NCBI RefSeq assembly: GCF_000181795.1
Contig: NW_003526948.1
Span: 3,078,945 to 3,142,944, forward strand
Direction: 5' to 3'
Origin: Trichinella spiralis
Lineage: Eukaryota
DNA: 64,000 nt
In this document: piece by piece, positions 1-14,700 of the stretch
How positions within the stretch are numbered: the stretch's first letter is position 1
Layout: every line of letters begins with the position of its first letter
The notes under the pieces: model-generated
Told to the model about the DNA's origin: nothing
The model's database searches: none
What the model saw: only the letters and a program-made list of their open reading frames with translations
Program-made: the position numbers and the translations under genes

Positions 1-1456
1 CGATCTGCGCCTGCACCCGATGCACATCGACGGTCCAGTGGTCGCCTTCGCCCCCTACTGCAGCCCCAAGCAACTGCGGGCGTTCGCCTACTTCACCGCC
101 GACGGCATGATGCGGGTCAGCTCTTTGCCGTCCAAGTTCGACTTCGACCGGTCGATCCCGTCGATGAAAGTGGAACTCGGCCGGGCGGCCCACTTCGTCG
201 TCTACCTGATGGAAAGTCACACGTACGCGTTGACCACCAGCGAGCAGATGCCCTGCCACAAGGTGGTCACTTTGATCGGCGACGACAAGCAGTTCGAGAC
301 GTTCGACCGCGAGGCGCCCCACTTCATCTATCCCACCATGGAGCAGTTCAAATTGCAACTCTACTCGGCCGACACTTGGTTGCCGGTGCCGGGAGCCGAG
401 TTGGATTTCGACGAATTCGAACACGTCACCGCCTGCCAAGAGGTCCAGTTGAAGTCCGAAGGTTCGGCCAGCGGCTTGCAGAGTTATCTGGCCATTGGCA
501 CCGTGCTCAACTACGGCGAAGAGGTGCTCATAAGGGGTCGACTGTTGATCATCGACGTGGTCGAGGTGGTGCCCGAGCCGGACCGCCCCATGACCAAGTT
601 CAAATTGAAAGTCGTCTATTCGAAAGAGCAGAAAGGTCCAGTGACCAGTCTGTGCTCGTTGCGCGGCTACTTGCTGACCGGCATGGGTCAGAAAGTGTAC
701 ATCTGGCAGTACAAGGACAACGCTTTGGTCGGCATTTCGTTTCTCGACTTGCAAGTCTACGTGCATCAGATGGCGTCGATTCGCTATTTGGCTCTCACCG
801 CGGACGCGTTCTTCGGCGTCTCGTTGCTGCGCTACCAGGAAGAGTACAAGGCGTTGTCGTTGGTCAGTCGCGACCCGCGTCCGGACGAAGTGCTTGCCGT
901 CGAATTTCTCGTCGACCGGACCGATTTGAGCTTTTTGATGACCAGCGCCGCCGGCGACATCTTGACTTACGTTTACCTGCCCGAATCGTTGGACTCGTTC
1001 GGCGGCCAGCGTCTGGTACCCCAAGCCGACTACCATTTCGGCTCTCAAGTGAATGCGTTTGTCCGTATGCGTTGCCACGCCCAAGAAATTGCCGGCCGCA
1101 AGAGGCAAGAAGTGTTGCAGAGGCAGGGCTTGATATTCGCCTCCAGCGACGGCAGTGTCAATTATCTGTTGCCGCTGCCCGAGAGGGAGTATCGTTTGTT
1201 GGGCATGTTGCAGAGCTTGTTGATTGACATGCTGCCGTCGTTTGCCGGCCTCAATGTCGACGACTACCGCACAGTGAGATTTCCCAATTCTTGTCTCAGA
1301 GAACCGACCAAGAACATCATCGACGGCAACATCTGCATGCTTTACTTGTACATTGACGCGTTGCAACAGGAGGACATTGTTCGACAAATTGGCAGTTCGC
1401 ATTCTCAGATCATGCTCGAGTTGGCCTACATGGAAAGGCAAATTTATTACTATTGA
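1..1456 (+). CDS. CPSF1: Cleavage and polyadenylation specificity factor subunit 1 (CPSF160), C-terminal part; 5' end lies outside the window
   Basis: Uninterrupted frame with CPSF_A propeller motifs: [88 protein letters not shown]; stop at 1454-1456. Confidence 0.95.
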   Translation, partial: DLRLHPMHIDGPVVAFAPYCSPKQLRAFAYFTADGMMRVSSLPSKFDFDRSIPSMKVELGRAAHFVVYLMESHTYALTTSEQMPCHKVVTLIGDDKQFETFDREAPHFIYPTMEQFKLQLYSADTWLPVPGAELDFDEFEHVTACQEVQLKSEGSASGLQSYLAIGTVLNYGEEVLIRGRLLIIDVVEVVPEPDRPMTKFKLKVVYSKEQKGPVTSLCSLRGYLLTGMGQKVYIWQYKDNALVGISFLDLQVYVHQMASIRYLALTADAFFGVSLLRYQEEYKALSLVSRDPRPDEVLAVEFLVDRTDLSFLMTSAAGDILTYVYLPESLDSFGGQRLVPQADYHFGSQVNAFVRMRCHAQEIAGRKRQEVLQRQGLIFASSDGSVNYLLPLPEREYRLLGMLQSLLIDMLPSFAGLNVDDYRTVRFPNSCLREPTKNIIDGNICMLYLYIDALQQEDIVRQIGSSHSQIMLELAYMERQIYYY

Positions 1457-2360
1457 AGAATATTTGAGAATTTTTATCAAACTGTTTTTTTCCCGTGCCA
1501 ATTTCGTCGTGATGATGATGGGCAAAAATAACACCAACATTGTGAACATTTGAAATCATGCATTTTTGTCGGTTTTATTCTATTTATTATTTTTTTGCCA
1601 AATTCAATCTCCTAGCGTTTTGCTTTGTTCTTCTTCTAGCAGTCCAAATGATGGCCTGTTCTCTATTCGCAGTTTAATCTATCTATTTGATGGAACACCG
1701 TTAGCAGTAGCATACTCCTCCACATTCTACTACTACTGCTACTACTACTACTACTACTCGTAGCATTTGCAGAATCGTTTTCGTCGCGTCACACGTTCCA
1801 GTTACACGTAGCTGATATTTGCATATTCGAAGCAATATTACTGATAAAAATAATAAATTTTCCTTTCATTTTTGTTTGTTCAATCGATTTTTGTCCATGT
1901 TCTGGATCTGTTGAAAAGTTGGGGAAAAGGTTTGTATTCGTGACGTGTTGAACTTGAACAAGAACAAGAAAAATTCTTCCATACGGTGGTATAAAGCGAA
2001 AATAATGATGCAACAAGAAAAATGTCGACTATTTAAATTTTTTTTTTGTTAAAATAAAATTTGCAAATAATAAAAATCTGATTCACTACAATATACATTC
2101 TCATTCATTCGAGTATTGCACATGTGATTCAACTTGACTGCTTTCAACTGATAAACGAAATGGAAATTTCAAAATTGAATAGAACTTGGTAAAATTGCCG
2201 TGTTTGACAAAAACAAAATTATGCTTCAAATCAATCAATCATTCCAACTTTTCCATACACCTAACCTGCATATTGCAAAAGGTTGCCGGTATTGCATACT
2301 GTAATTGTGAATTTCAAATTCATCAAATTTTGTAGTTCGTGCGATGCGTTTTGCCGGACA

Positions 2361-4148
2361 ATGCGCGGCAATTTCAAACTTGGAGCCGGGTTTAAAGTTT
2401 GGTCGAAAATTTTAACAAAACAAACTGCAATTGCTGATTCTGCTGCTGCTGCCGACAACCGTTACAAATTAAAAGTTCCAAAAAAACCTCGAGCTGCTGG
2501 AAATACCGTAAGTTGAAAAATATTCTATTCTGTTCGATTGATGAAATTTTTGATGCCATTTCACCATGACAAAAGTGGCAAACTTTAATTTTTTTGTCAT
2601 TTTCAATACATTACTAGTGTACTTACTGTACGTGCTGTGTAGGTAGACACATCATATTGTGCAAGCATTAGGCGGATGATGAGAAAAAAGCCATTTATAT
2701 TTTTTTAAATGATGTATTATTTTTTCATAATATTTTTCATTGTTTATTGATAATGAACTTAATTTGCATTTTCTATGTTGATGCTTTGTCGATGAAACAA
2801 ACGTCATCATTCGTTACATTTGCATGACATGAAATGTTCCGTTGAAAACGGTCGATTATTTAATCTATTCGATCATGTTCCGCGATTGGTTGATGAACGA
2901 TGAATTTTTGTTTTTGTAATTCCTATAGAAAAGTCATTTCGTCGATTTCAAAACTGTTCGAACGATCGGTGGCAACGGCGGCGATGGCATGATCGCTTTT
3001 CTCAGCTTATATCGCAACAGCAGAGCAGGGCCCAGTGGTGGTGACGGTGGCAACGGCGGGCATGTCATTTTTCAAGGTTGCTTGTTGTAGACAAGTTGTT
3101 CTATTTTGTTGGATATGATTCAGTTGAAAATTTGAAATTTCACTTTTCACTTTTCAAATACTTTTTTCAGCCGATTCTAGTTTAACATCACTAGCGAAAG
3201 TTCCGCGAGTAATTCGCGCCAGAGCTGGCGAAAATGGACGTGGAAAATCTTGCCACGGTGCCAGTGCAAATCACTTTTGCGTCCGAGTATTCTTGTTCGT
3301 TATTTTTTCCTTGCCAACGCCACAACGGTCAACGTGACGTGGATTTTCAGATTCCCACCGGTACGGTATGCCGACGTGAAGCTGCTGGAACTGGAGACGA
3401 GGTCGAGTTGAAAAATCATGGTGAAATTTTCATTGCAGCCCGTGGTGGCGCCGGTGGACGTGGCAACCAGTCGTTCGTTTCTGCCACTTGGCAAGCGCCA
3501 ACAATAGCCGAAGCTGGAGGTCGAGGCGAGGATATTGTTTACCAGTTGGAATTGCGTCTACTGGCCGACGTTGGTTTGGTAAAAACAATGCACAACGAAA
3601 ATTGTGCGCATTTTCATTCGGCTTGTTCGTGTTGTGTGCAGATTGGCTTTCCAAACGTGGGCAAGTCAACTCTGCTCCGGGCGCTGTCCCGCGCCAGACC
3701 CAAAGTGGCCGAATACGCGTTCACGACCGTTCGACCGCACGTGGGCGTGATCCAGTACGCCGACGGTTTCAGCGTTACGGTAGCCGATCTGCCGGGCATA
3801 CTGGAGGGTGCTCACATGAACCGCGGTCTTGGATTTCAATTTCTGCGCCACATCCGTCGTTGCCTGGGCCTGTGCCTTGTGGTCGACGTGTCGGTGGAAA
3901 ATCCGTCCAACCAACTGCAAACTTTGCTCCAAGAGCTCGGTCTGTACGACCGGGCATTGCTTGGACGACGGAAAATTGTCGTCGCCAACAAGATCGACAT
4001 AGCCCCTATTGGAATGGATCTCAACGACGTGCTACAATTGCCCGGCTTGTTGCAACAATCCCAGACGCCGGTGATTGGCGTCTCGGCTGCCAATGGTCAA
4101 GGCATAGAATTGCTTGTCGAACACGTTCGCAAGATCGTCAACCAATGA
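2361..4148 (+). CDS. MTG2: Mitochondrial ribosome-associated Obg-family GTPase (GTPBP5/MTG2)
   Basis: Manually spliced exons ~2361-2507, 2929-3076, 3171-3286, 3351-3578, 3642-4148 give KSHFVDFK..GGNGGDG..GPSGGDGGNGGHV (Obg fold), G1 GFPNVGKST, G2 YAFTT, G3 DLPG, G4 NKID, G5 SA. Basic N-terminal exon ends at a phase-0 gtaagt donor. Start codon is the best guess. Confidence 0.92.
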
Positions 4149-4324
4149 GCAAACCATTGCTCAGTGCGCAAAAGTAAAATACTGTTGTTCAGTTTTATTC
4201 GTTTATAACTTTTAATGAATAAATAAATAAATGAAATATATACAAGATAAAATTTGAACAGTAAAATAAATTAATAAAAGAAAGAAAATCCATAAAACGA
4301 ATGTTAATAATGTTCGATCTATTT

Positions 4325-6668
4325 TCAGTGGAACAGATCAGTCACATCTTTTGGATTAAGCTGGATCAACAATGGAAGTTTGCCAGCGCCGACAAATCGA
4401 ATTTCTACCGTACCATCAAATTCGCGTAAAATTCGACCACAACGTTTCAAACCCTACAACAACAAACATTTGTCTGCTTTGGTTTCGCTTGAAATAAACC
4501 TGTGAACAACAACATATAGCCAACCTGGAGAGCTCGATTTCTACTGACCAAATCGCCAGAAAGACGAGTCTTAATATCCTTGAAAAGGAATAAATTATTA
4601 TTATTAGCCAACTTCGACGCTGTCACAGGCATTGTCGAGGGAACAAAATATAAAATACCCAAGCTTCAGATGCGCTCATGCCGATCAACTGGCACAGCAA
4701 ACTGTCCGAAAGTGAACAATCAATCGACCCTGTGGAGTCGTTCAATTTGACCATCAACGACCAGTGTGAGCCTTTGTTCGTGTCCAATTTGCCCAAGATG
4801 TTCAAAATGATTGCCTAATCGAATGAACACAGCGAATTGAAATTGCAACCTGGGAAACAACCAATGGCCACCGAAAACTCCTACCCTCAACGTGTATTCG
4901 CCTTGACTAGCGGTAAATTGTTCAGATATGATTTCAGCAATATATACAAAGTTGCGTCTTTGAAATTTCGACGAACACTTCATCTGAATACCGTTGCTGA
5001 TGTCGTGTTCGATGCACAACGTCGCGTTGTTTTCCAACTGGACTCTAGCCACGTTCGTTGACAAATATGTCAAATTTTCTGGTTCCATTTCCATAAATTC
5101 GGGTTCATTTTCAGGAAAGAAATCTGCTGGAAGAACAAAGAAAAAGAACCAAATGCCAAAACACTCATCCTATACTAAACTCATGTGCTGAACATTTTAC
5201 CAATGTCGCCGTACAAATCCGTCGACAATTCTGGTGTACTGCGTTCAGCTTCATCACCGGATGTCGAATGTTCAGCAGAATGGTGCAGATTTGTTGTTGT
5301 TGGTGGTGGTGGTGGCAAATCGTCGTAAATCAGTTGGTCTGCGTCGAACAAATCCACCTCTGCAACGCTACCAACAGATCGACCGGCAGATTCCACTGGA
5401 GGAGCACGAACTGTACTGGTCGTCGACAATCCACAAGCTTGCTCTGGCTCCAACATCCGGTCGTCATTGGTTGCACGGTTCCAATCGGGCCAATTTCTGG
5501 TCTGATTTAACAAAGCACTGCCCGAGACGAACGCTGTTTTCCCTTGCCACGATTCGTCTGCACATTGCTCAGCTGAAAACAACTGATCTTGAAACAACAA
5601 CGAACACACAATTAGACCGTTCAAAGTCGACTACTGGTGGTGGTCGGTTTGCAAATGGAGTTTTCAAGCTTCGGATCGTCTTTTCGCATCTTCGACGCCA
5701 GCTTTCTGTAAAACAACAAAAAATTTCCTTTTAACAGAAAACAGTCCTCATCTTCACACTGTCGACAACTTCTCTCTCTACTTTGTAATTAATGCTAACG
5801 TTGAATTTTCACTTTCCAAACTGTCACAAGAACCACCCAGTATAGTAATATTTTCAGATTTCAACAACAACATTTCATTAATGCAACGAATCGGACCTGT
5901 CAATCTTACCTGGAAAAGAAAAACCACTTTACCAGAAAAGCTGTTCAATTGGAAAATCAAATCAATCCAACCGGTGTACCTTACAACCGGGCATCAAATT
6001 CAATTCCAACTGAGGAATTGGATGGTATTCCATGGCACGTAAGGTTGTTATTCCATCTGTCAATTCAAGCACGATCATTCGGCAATTTTTTCTATCTTTA
6101 TCTGTCTAAAGTTCAGTTCAACAAATTATTCATTTATATCAAACAAATATATAATATAATTGATGGAACTTTTTCATTGGAACGATTTTCATCGTCGTTT
6201 TCCGAGTCGTCGAGTTCCAGCTTGCCAGTGAAACTCTGATATTGACTGTAAAATGATCTGCTGACATCCAAGAGACTGTTGATCTGAAATAATTTGCAAT
6301 GACTTCAATTACAACCAACCAACAGCTATTGTTTTCCAATACTTGAACACAATAATTTCCATTTAGAACGGTGTTTGCCGAATTGTGTGGGAAAATTTGC
6401 AAACTGAACTCTCGTAAATCGGAAAACAACCACTGCTTGTAAACAAGATCAACAACTTCGTCATCTTAAAAAAATCGAAAATTTACAATTGAAAAAGTCA
6501 ACTGCAGTCATCTCAAAATAATATCATACCAGATGGACGGTCGTTGCCCAACTCGTCTGAGAGATAATCTAAACATTCACTAATCCATTCGGGCAAAGTT
6601 AAAATGTGATTCTTCTCAAAAAACAGCTTCACTTTTGGCGTCAACAAAGTAACATTTAATGGAGCCAT
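4325..6668 (-). CDS. RMI1: RecQ-mediated genome instability protein 1
   Basis: Multi-exon minus-strand gene: N-terminal EWISECLDY..VYKQWLFSDL, OB fold LELTDG..AMEYHPIPQLELNLMPGCK-VRLTGPIRCINEMLLLKSENITILGG, C-terminal OB WSLMVKLNDSTGSIDCSLSDSLLCQLIGMS; last exon ends ..DLFH-TGA at 4325-4327. Confidence 0.88.
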
Positions 6669-8396
6669 TTTTTGCCAGCACTTCTACATGAACAACATCA
6701 CATTCAGCAAACGACGCATATATATATATATGTATGTATATTTTTAGTACTTTAAAATTAATATCGTTAGTGATTTAATCTGTATTTGAAAAAATAAAAC
6801 TTATGAAAAGTATTGAAAAGAAATATAATGTATACATGCATATCAGTGTTATGGTAAATGAAATAAGATCATCATTATGTATAATATTTTATTTAAAATG
6901 TAAGTAAAATTACGAATAAAGCATGGAAGTTCAAAATCTCATAATTCATAACATTTAACAAGTTCTTATTTGCATTAATTTTTCATACCGTTATTGATTT
7001 TCAAGTATAATTTGATATGTAGATTGCACAGAAATGCTGCAATCACTTTTGTGGAAAAATAATCAAAAATACATTCACTGTATTATTAAAAATGATTTGT
7101 ATATTTATTAAAATGCTTTATGGTCACATAATATTAATTTTTTATTTTTATTTCAAAAACCCATCGAAAAGATTTCAAAATGAAGAAATTTGATAAACTA
7201 CTGCTTTATTACTAATTTATTTCAAAAACTTTTTTCATTTTAATATTTACTTATTTCAAGATGCAAATCACAAATTTTGGCAACATGTACAAATGGAACC
7301 AATTTGCCACTGTAAAATCGATTCAATTAATGAATGACTGAAATGTGTACTTTTTGTTTGTTAACTTTCAAAGTGGCATTGTAGCAACAGTTTGCTTTTT
7401 TGGCGCTCAAGCTGGTATGTGAAACTTTTTGAAAAGTATCATAATTAATGCTAGAGCTAGTTTTATACGCGGAAATTTCAATTTTTACTGCTTCATTAGC
7501 GAACAAGAAAGCAATTTGAGCTAGGCTGAGAAAGAAACATTTAAAGTTGTATAATATTATCACAAATTTTGAAAAATTGCTCTTATTTCATTTAAAACTT
7601 GTGAAATGCGCTGATTAATATGCATGTGATCAGTGTATGGACCTGATTTATTTCAACTGAATGCTTATCAAATTGATAAAGAAAGATAAATTATATCAAA
7701 ATGATCAAAATGAAAAATGATATTCACATGTACAATTGTCTACTAATTAAGACGCTGAATTTTGTTTCAATTTCAATCGTCTTCTTCATAACAGTAGTTT
7801 TTGAGTTTTTTAATAAAAAAATTTTGCATAGAAGAGACATTTCCTCATTATCATTTGCTTGATTACAGTACACTTGCGAAATACCTTTATAGTTTTTCAT
7901 CCACCACGAGATAGATGATGAAAATTGAGCCGGAAAAAAATATACATTCATAATTTGACGCAGTTTGAAAGAAACATGCAAAAGGGGGAAAGTGTGATAT
8001 TAATAAATTTGGAAATATGCATGATTATAGAAATTTTTCGAGGTCGTTGAAGCAGTGCGATGCCTTAACCTTGGCCCGAGATGTTCTATTGTATGAAGAT
8101 GCCGGTGTCCTTTTGTGCTTGACCTCTGTGGACTCGGAACATGTAGGAATTCAATCTACATCATTTGAACGAAACCTGTTTATACTGCAAACATTGTCAG
8201 TCATCTCTTTTAACTTGTCGAAGATGGCAAGTGAAAAATGGAAAACATTCAGGTTTTTTAGCCATGGCAAGTTCAGACTGTTTAAAGCGTGCTTCCCTTT
8301 CCCATAGCACATAAGACAGTTTAGCAGAATATTGTATTACTTGTTTGTTTGTTCATTTGTTGCTGGAGTCGGCTGTTTATTTTAAAAAAATAAAAG

Positions 8397-10352
8397 ATGA
8401 CCACCGGACGAGATCCGATACAAATATCCACTGTACATACAATGCAGTATTTTTTTGTTAATCTATTCTGTTCTCTCATGTCTGCCACTGTGCACAATGC
8501 GATGCAATTTTTGAGCAATTTCACTTTTTGGCATTTTCATTTCATGCATTACGCGTTCACATTTCTCGGCATGCTTGTATTAGCACTGGTTGGGCGAATA
8601 CCCAGGCAAGTGTTGCCATGGCGCCAGATGCTTCCGATAGCTTTAAGTCGATTGTTCAGTTCAATTGGTATCAACACAGTTGCCAGTGGTCATCTTGAAG
8701 GTGGACTTTTCATTCTTCGTGGATTCGACTGCTGTATAACTGGCTTTGTATTGCTTGTCTGTAATCGGATGCTTGGAAGTCGACTGAAACGTACTCGACA
8801 CCGTTATTACATTGTAGTAAGTTTTTCTTTTTAATTTTTTCACTTAAAATTGTAATAATTATTGAACGTAATTATTTTCCTTTTTAAACGATTCCTTTCA
8901 TTATCACGTATGTGTTTAGGGAATTGCTGAATACGGACTTCTAGGATACGATTGCATGAAAACCTATCTTTCTTAATATAATAAAGATTTTAATCAATTA
9001 CTAAATCAAATTAAATTGGATTAGATAATATTCTATTAGGAAATTCTTTTGGGCAAATATGTTGAAAATTGTTACAAATGTCGTTGTCATATTTTTTGGA
9101 CACATGTCAATGTTATGATGTCATTGGAAATCAAAATTTGATAAAACCTTTCAGCGATAAAATTTATATAATAAGAAATTGCTTTACAATCGTGAAAGGG
9201 AAATGAAATATGAAATTTCTGTTCTTATCTACAAATTTTGGGACAACAAAACACGACGATTTTTAAGATAAATGACAAACAACGTTGCGTTGTTTATGGG
9301 CAAAGTTAATGCACGTTTTAGATGCTGTTGAAATAACTTGTATTATTCAGGTTACTGAAAGCATTATCGCCTATATCATATTTAATGTCATCCGTCCTAT
9401 ATTTTTGCAATAACGAATGACATTTTAATATTAAAATTATTTCATCGATTCACTCAAATAATTGAACAATAAGAATATAAGGGAGAAAAATGACTTATTA
9501 TTTATCACTTTAATCTTTAATGTGTTACGTAATTCAGAGTTGAAAAAATGTTCCCCTTGTTAGCATGTAATTTCAAATTAAAAAATCTACAAAACCATCA
9601 AATGATGTACGTAAGAATGTAATGATTTTTGTATTTCTTGTTCTAGATTCCAATAGCTATATTGTCTTCATTAAGTTGGTTTTATCCTACGTATTGGTAT
9701 GTTCATTTTCGTTGGATTCTTTTCATCCCGATGGCAGTAATTGCTGGCGGTTTTCACAATATTGTAAAAAATTGAACTTTATCATTTTACATTTAATATT
9801 CATATTAAATTAAATTAAATTAATATGTTAATATTTTAGCTTTCTTATAACCAGTATCAAAAGCTTGGAGTACCGTTCAGTGTATTTTTGATGAACATTT
9901 CCGCATATTCTGCTGCATTGTTATTCATTCCAATAGTGGTGAATAAAATTTTCTGTTTCGACTGTGCTCTTGAATCAGAAAACGACGGAATGGAATTTCA
10001 ACTTGCCGATTACGTATGTGAAAAGAAATTAGCGCAATAATTTGTTTCTTTGTTTCAACTATAAATACAATTTATTTTCATGTTTTTCTAGGCATTGTTA
10101 TTCGGTGGTATGGCGGCAATGTTTGGTTTAATCTTTACTCAATACATGTTGATGTGCCATTGCAATCCAATTGATTATTTAGTGTTTCGACATTTCAAAT
10201 ACACACTAGCCGCTGTTGGGCAACAAGTGACACAAAATTTAATGCATTACAACTTTGTCAACATTTTTGCCCAGTTTTCTGCTCTATGTGGAAGTGTTTG
10301 GTATACGATGAATTTTTGGAAAGAAGATTTGCTTGCCGAAATTCCGAAATAA
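8397..10352 (+). CDS. Divergent SLC35E/TPT-family (nucleotide-sugar transporter-like) multi-pass membrane protein
   Basis: Hydrophobic exons at ~8397-8816, 9647-9763, 9840-10013, 10092-10352. HFMHYAFTFLG..LPWRQMLPIAL, IPIAIL and CNPIDYLVFRHFKY resemble, from memory, SLC35E3 segments (VHFVVTWLG..LLLLAL, IPITLG, TSPVTYNMFGHFKF). Confidence 0.6.
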
Positions 10353-11796
10353 AAATAGAATCCATGAAAATTAAATTGCATCAATTTTTTTTGTTAATAT
10401 TAAATACCAGTTTTATACTTACTCTTAACAATTGAATTTTATTTTCAGGTGAAGAAAAATTTGATAAGAAAAACTAAAAAAGCAGAAAAATATATATATA
10501 TTACGAAAATTTCAGTTGTTTTTGTTTAAAAATGTAATTTTTTGTTAAATCTAGTTTGCATTTCAGCTTAATTATGCAGATGAACTTTATTTTCTTACAG
10601 CATACCTGTAGGCTCGTGTACAGACACGTTCACACAAAATCACCCCTCCCCCTATGTAAAATGTTCAGAAATGTCCATAATCATATTTGGAACATTAATA
10701 AAAATTTCAAAATTTTGACAAAAAACGTTAGCTTGCATTTTAAACAGTTCAATAATAGGTAAAAAGGTTAAATAAAAATTACAAAAGCAAATTTACCTGA
10801 AGATCTTATCTACAGTATGTTAATGTGGATGTGAGTTACAAATGACAGGGTACATTATTTATATGCAGTACCGCTTTAGAATAACTTTATTTGAATGAAA
10901 ATATTGCTTTTTATTCAATCTTTTTGAATTTAAAGTTTCGTTGTCTCTGTCAGAGCGGAAGTAAATTTGTAGTGCTTAAAATTGTTATACTGTAGAAGCT
11001 GTTGATAACTTTTTCATAATTTATCATATAGATATTTAATCCAAAGCAGTATTGTTTGATATTTGTTTCTGTTTCTTTTATTATTTCTTTATTTATTTCT
11101 TTAACTTTGCTATCTAAGTAAAAACATTATTTTGGGCAAAAGTTACTTATTATAAATGCCCAAGTTTTATTCATTTATTCTGTTGTTAGCTTTAGTGCTT
11201 GAGCTTAATATTTTAGCCATGCCTAAAATAGTGTAGATTTTATCCATTTTTTTTTTGAAAAAAAAATAATACTTGTTTGCTGATCATCGTAGAAAGCAGT
11301 TACTGTAACGTTGATTTTGACGTTTAAAAATTTTTTTCCACTTTATGATGTTGTTAATATTTTGATTTGCTTTCAGTCAGTTAATTTTTGCTTTATATTT
11401 TGATGAATTTTTAATTATTGGAATGCAATTGTTCCATTGTAAGATTAACAAATATTGATAATTGTCAATTGCAGTTTACGATTCTTTTCGTTTCAAACAT
11501 AAGTGTGCATGAATTATTTAATTAAGCCAAAATTGGTTTGTTTTTAAATTGTATTTTGAATTTGAGTGAAAATTTAACAAAGTAGAAGAAAAGGATATTT
11601 AATTTTAACGTGTAAAAAATTGAATTTCATTTGAAAATAACTTTCCAATGGTTTGTCTGCTGCTGACGATGAACATGTTGTCAAAGTTTGTTTTATCAAA
11701 TGTTAATTATTTTTCAAATGGCTAAAATTAATATTAACCGTAGTCAGTGCTGTTCTTAGCGAAAAGATGAATTTTATTGAATTCTTATTTTCAGTT

Positions 11797-14700
11797 ATGG
11801 ACGGCGTTCAGAACAGGAATAAACGCTTTTCATTGTTTAAGAACGTGGGTCATCCTGTACCTATAAATGTGAAAATTCGCCGGAAAACAGGTATAATTGC
11901 GTTTTCTTTAACAAAAAAAGATATATATATATATATATTTATTTTTGTTTTCTTTTTCTAGTTAGGAAGTTGGCAAACATGCGTCATTTTGTCGGTTTCA
12001 GTTTCATGGACCGTTATAAAATTTTGGAATCAAGGGATTTCAATTTGCGTCAAGGTGATTTTTTTTGCAATTTTTAATGTAGAATTGTTAGGAAAAAGGT
12101 TTTTGATCATTAAATTCTACAAGAAGAAACATATCTGTCTGTTGTTTATTTCAATAGGAATAATCAAGGAGAATAATGCTAAAGAGGCGAAGCAGGTGGT
12201 CGGCTTTTGCTTTGAGATGTGCCCTGAAAAAGAGCGCTATCGACGGTTATATCAGTCAGTAGTTCCTATATATGAAATGGGAAAGTTTTGGCAAAACGAC
12301 GCTGACGATAACGTTGATCACGTGCACATGGTTAAAGAATACGTCAGATCATCGGCAGATCAGGTAAAAATTTACGAGTAATTGATTAGTTGTTTTGCAA
12401 AATTGATTTAAATTTCCCATTCTGCTGCGGCAAATATTAGAATTTGGTAAAAATTTGCATGTGATTTTTTTTAATGAAAAAGTATCGATCCCGTAATTAT
12501 TTTTTTATAATTATAGTTCAAATTGTGAATTTGAATTTCAGCCTGAGCCTCTTCCGCATGAATTGCGACCTCCGCATATTTTGTCGTTGACAATGGGTTA
12601 CTTGATTCAAAATATTGTTGTCAGGGAGCCCCACATAAAAAAGCATCTCTCATCTTGGTATTATTTTTTGACCAACAGAATGCACGCGATTAGAAAGGTA
12701 TTTACGAGTGAAAAATTATATCAAATAAATAAATAGATCTGTTTTTGAAATTATTAACCTTACTTTTTGATAAGGATATAACTCAACAAATGCTTTGCGA
12801 TACAACGACTGCGTCCATATTGGAGAAATGTGTTCGTTTTTACATTTACGGCACGTATCGACTTCGTTGTCTACCTAGGTCGCTGTTCGACCAGCAGCTT
12901 AATTTGAGTATTAATTATTATTATTAATTTTTTCTTTTCGTTCTCTGTTTCCAGACATATTATCACGTTTGAGAAAATTTTCAGATGAGTTGGGTCACTG
13001 TTTGGCGTCACTTCTGATGATGTATCAAGATTTGAAAAAATGTCGTGAAACGAGTCCGAATCAACTGGAATTCTTTGTCTACAATATGATTTACAGAATG
13101 AATGATGCGGATATGCTTGGGTAATTGCAAGCGAGGGCGATGGGGAAAGTTTCTGATTGTTTAATTAATTGACTGTTTTTATTCTTTTTCTATCCAAATG
13201 TGTAGATTGGTTTGTCGCTATGATGAAAATTTGTCCGACAACCCACGAGTGTCTTTTATTCTGCAATTGCACAAGTATTTCCAGCAAGGCAATTATGTCC
13301 AATTTTTCAAAGCTTACAAAGAATCCGCTACATTTCTCGAAGCTTGCCTTTTGTCACGCTTTGTAATGGAATTTCGTATTTCTTCTGTCAATGCTATTCG
13401 GCGAGCGCACAGGATGCACAGGACGACGGTGTGGAAGAAAAATAATTTAAAAAAAAATTAATTTAAAATTATTTTTAATTTAGGTGAAGATCAGTTCGGT
13501 CACAGATTGGCTTTGTTTTGACAGCGACAAAGAGGCAGAAGCTTTCTTAGCTCATTTCGGAGTCATTCCCTATCCCGATCAACCGGATATGGTGAATTTC
13601 AATCCAAAAGATTTCCAGCCTATGCCAAATAGTTTGAAAACGTGGTGGCCAAAATTGAATTTTGTGAAAACTAAATTGACGAAGGCATTAGCTGAGGTAT
13701 TTTATTATATAAATTACTAATTTTGATTTTTTCAAACACTTCTTTTTTTTCTCGCCGTACAGCAACAGTACTGTTTGTTGTGGCACTGGTTCAGTTGTAA
13801 ACTGTTCGAGTGAAACTATTAATTAGATTAATTTGTAAATGTGAAAAATATTTTCAGATTGTAAATGGTGGACCTATTAAGTCAGAGGCAGTTTTACCAG
13901 TACCGTGTGACAGTTTTGATAATTATTCTCGGTATACACGTGACCCTGTTCTGGATATATATTTTGGGAAAAAAGTTGTCACTTATGAGCAGTTACATGG
14001 CCGTGCTCCCCGTGAACAACTATCTGTCCATCAAGTATATTTTAGTTTTTAATGAATTGAATGAATGTGGCCATTAGTTAGCATTTCATTTCTATTCAGT
14101 CATCATCGGTGGATGCGATGCAATATGATGATGAAGAGGACGAACCGCCGTTGCCTGCATTTTTTAAAAATATTTGTTTCATATATGAAAAGTATAGAAT
14201 GATTCTTATTTTTTTAAATCACGTAATCAGTATATGTTGAAAGTAAAATTAAAACTGTATTTTAGAGATATTCCACGGCGGGTTGCGCCGATGAAGGAAT
14301 CAAGAAGCTGTTTTCTAGGGGCTGCGGCAGATTTAAAGTTTAGACGGAATTCATTTCCGTTTGGTAGAGCGAAAGCCCGTGGATTGCAATATAAACGAAG
14401 TTCATATGTTCCACAAGTGAAATATCCATCTGCACAACATATGCATCAGCGTCGAGGAACATTAAATAACGTACGGCGAGGTCGTGCTGGTCTGTGCAGG
14501 TCGAATATGGCAAATCGAGGCAATATCAGACCGCCGTACAGAGGTAGTAACTACCGCAGAAATGTGTCAGACAGATATCATTATTTTAAAAGTCCAACTC
14601 GAACACGAGCACAGCCTTGTTTGACTTACAGAATGAGCAGAAGTGGTCTGAGAGGGACGAATTCTTATCAGAGAGGAGCACTGAAAGAAACTAAACGACC

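Noticed and set aside
376..1227. 283-aa alternative-frame ORF inside CPSF1 (similarly 3488-4177 inside MTG2)
   Set aside because: Arg/Gly-rich shadow frame expected from GC3-biased codons; no recognisable domain.
1457..2360. CPSF1-MTG2 as a nematode operon
   Set aside because: Same strand but about 0.9 kb apart; trans-splicing cannot be shown from genomic sequence.
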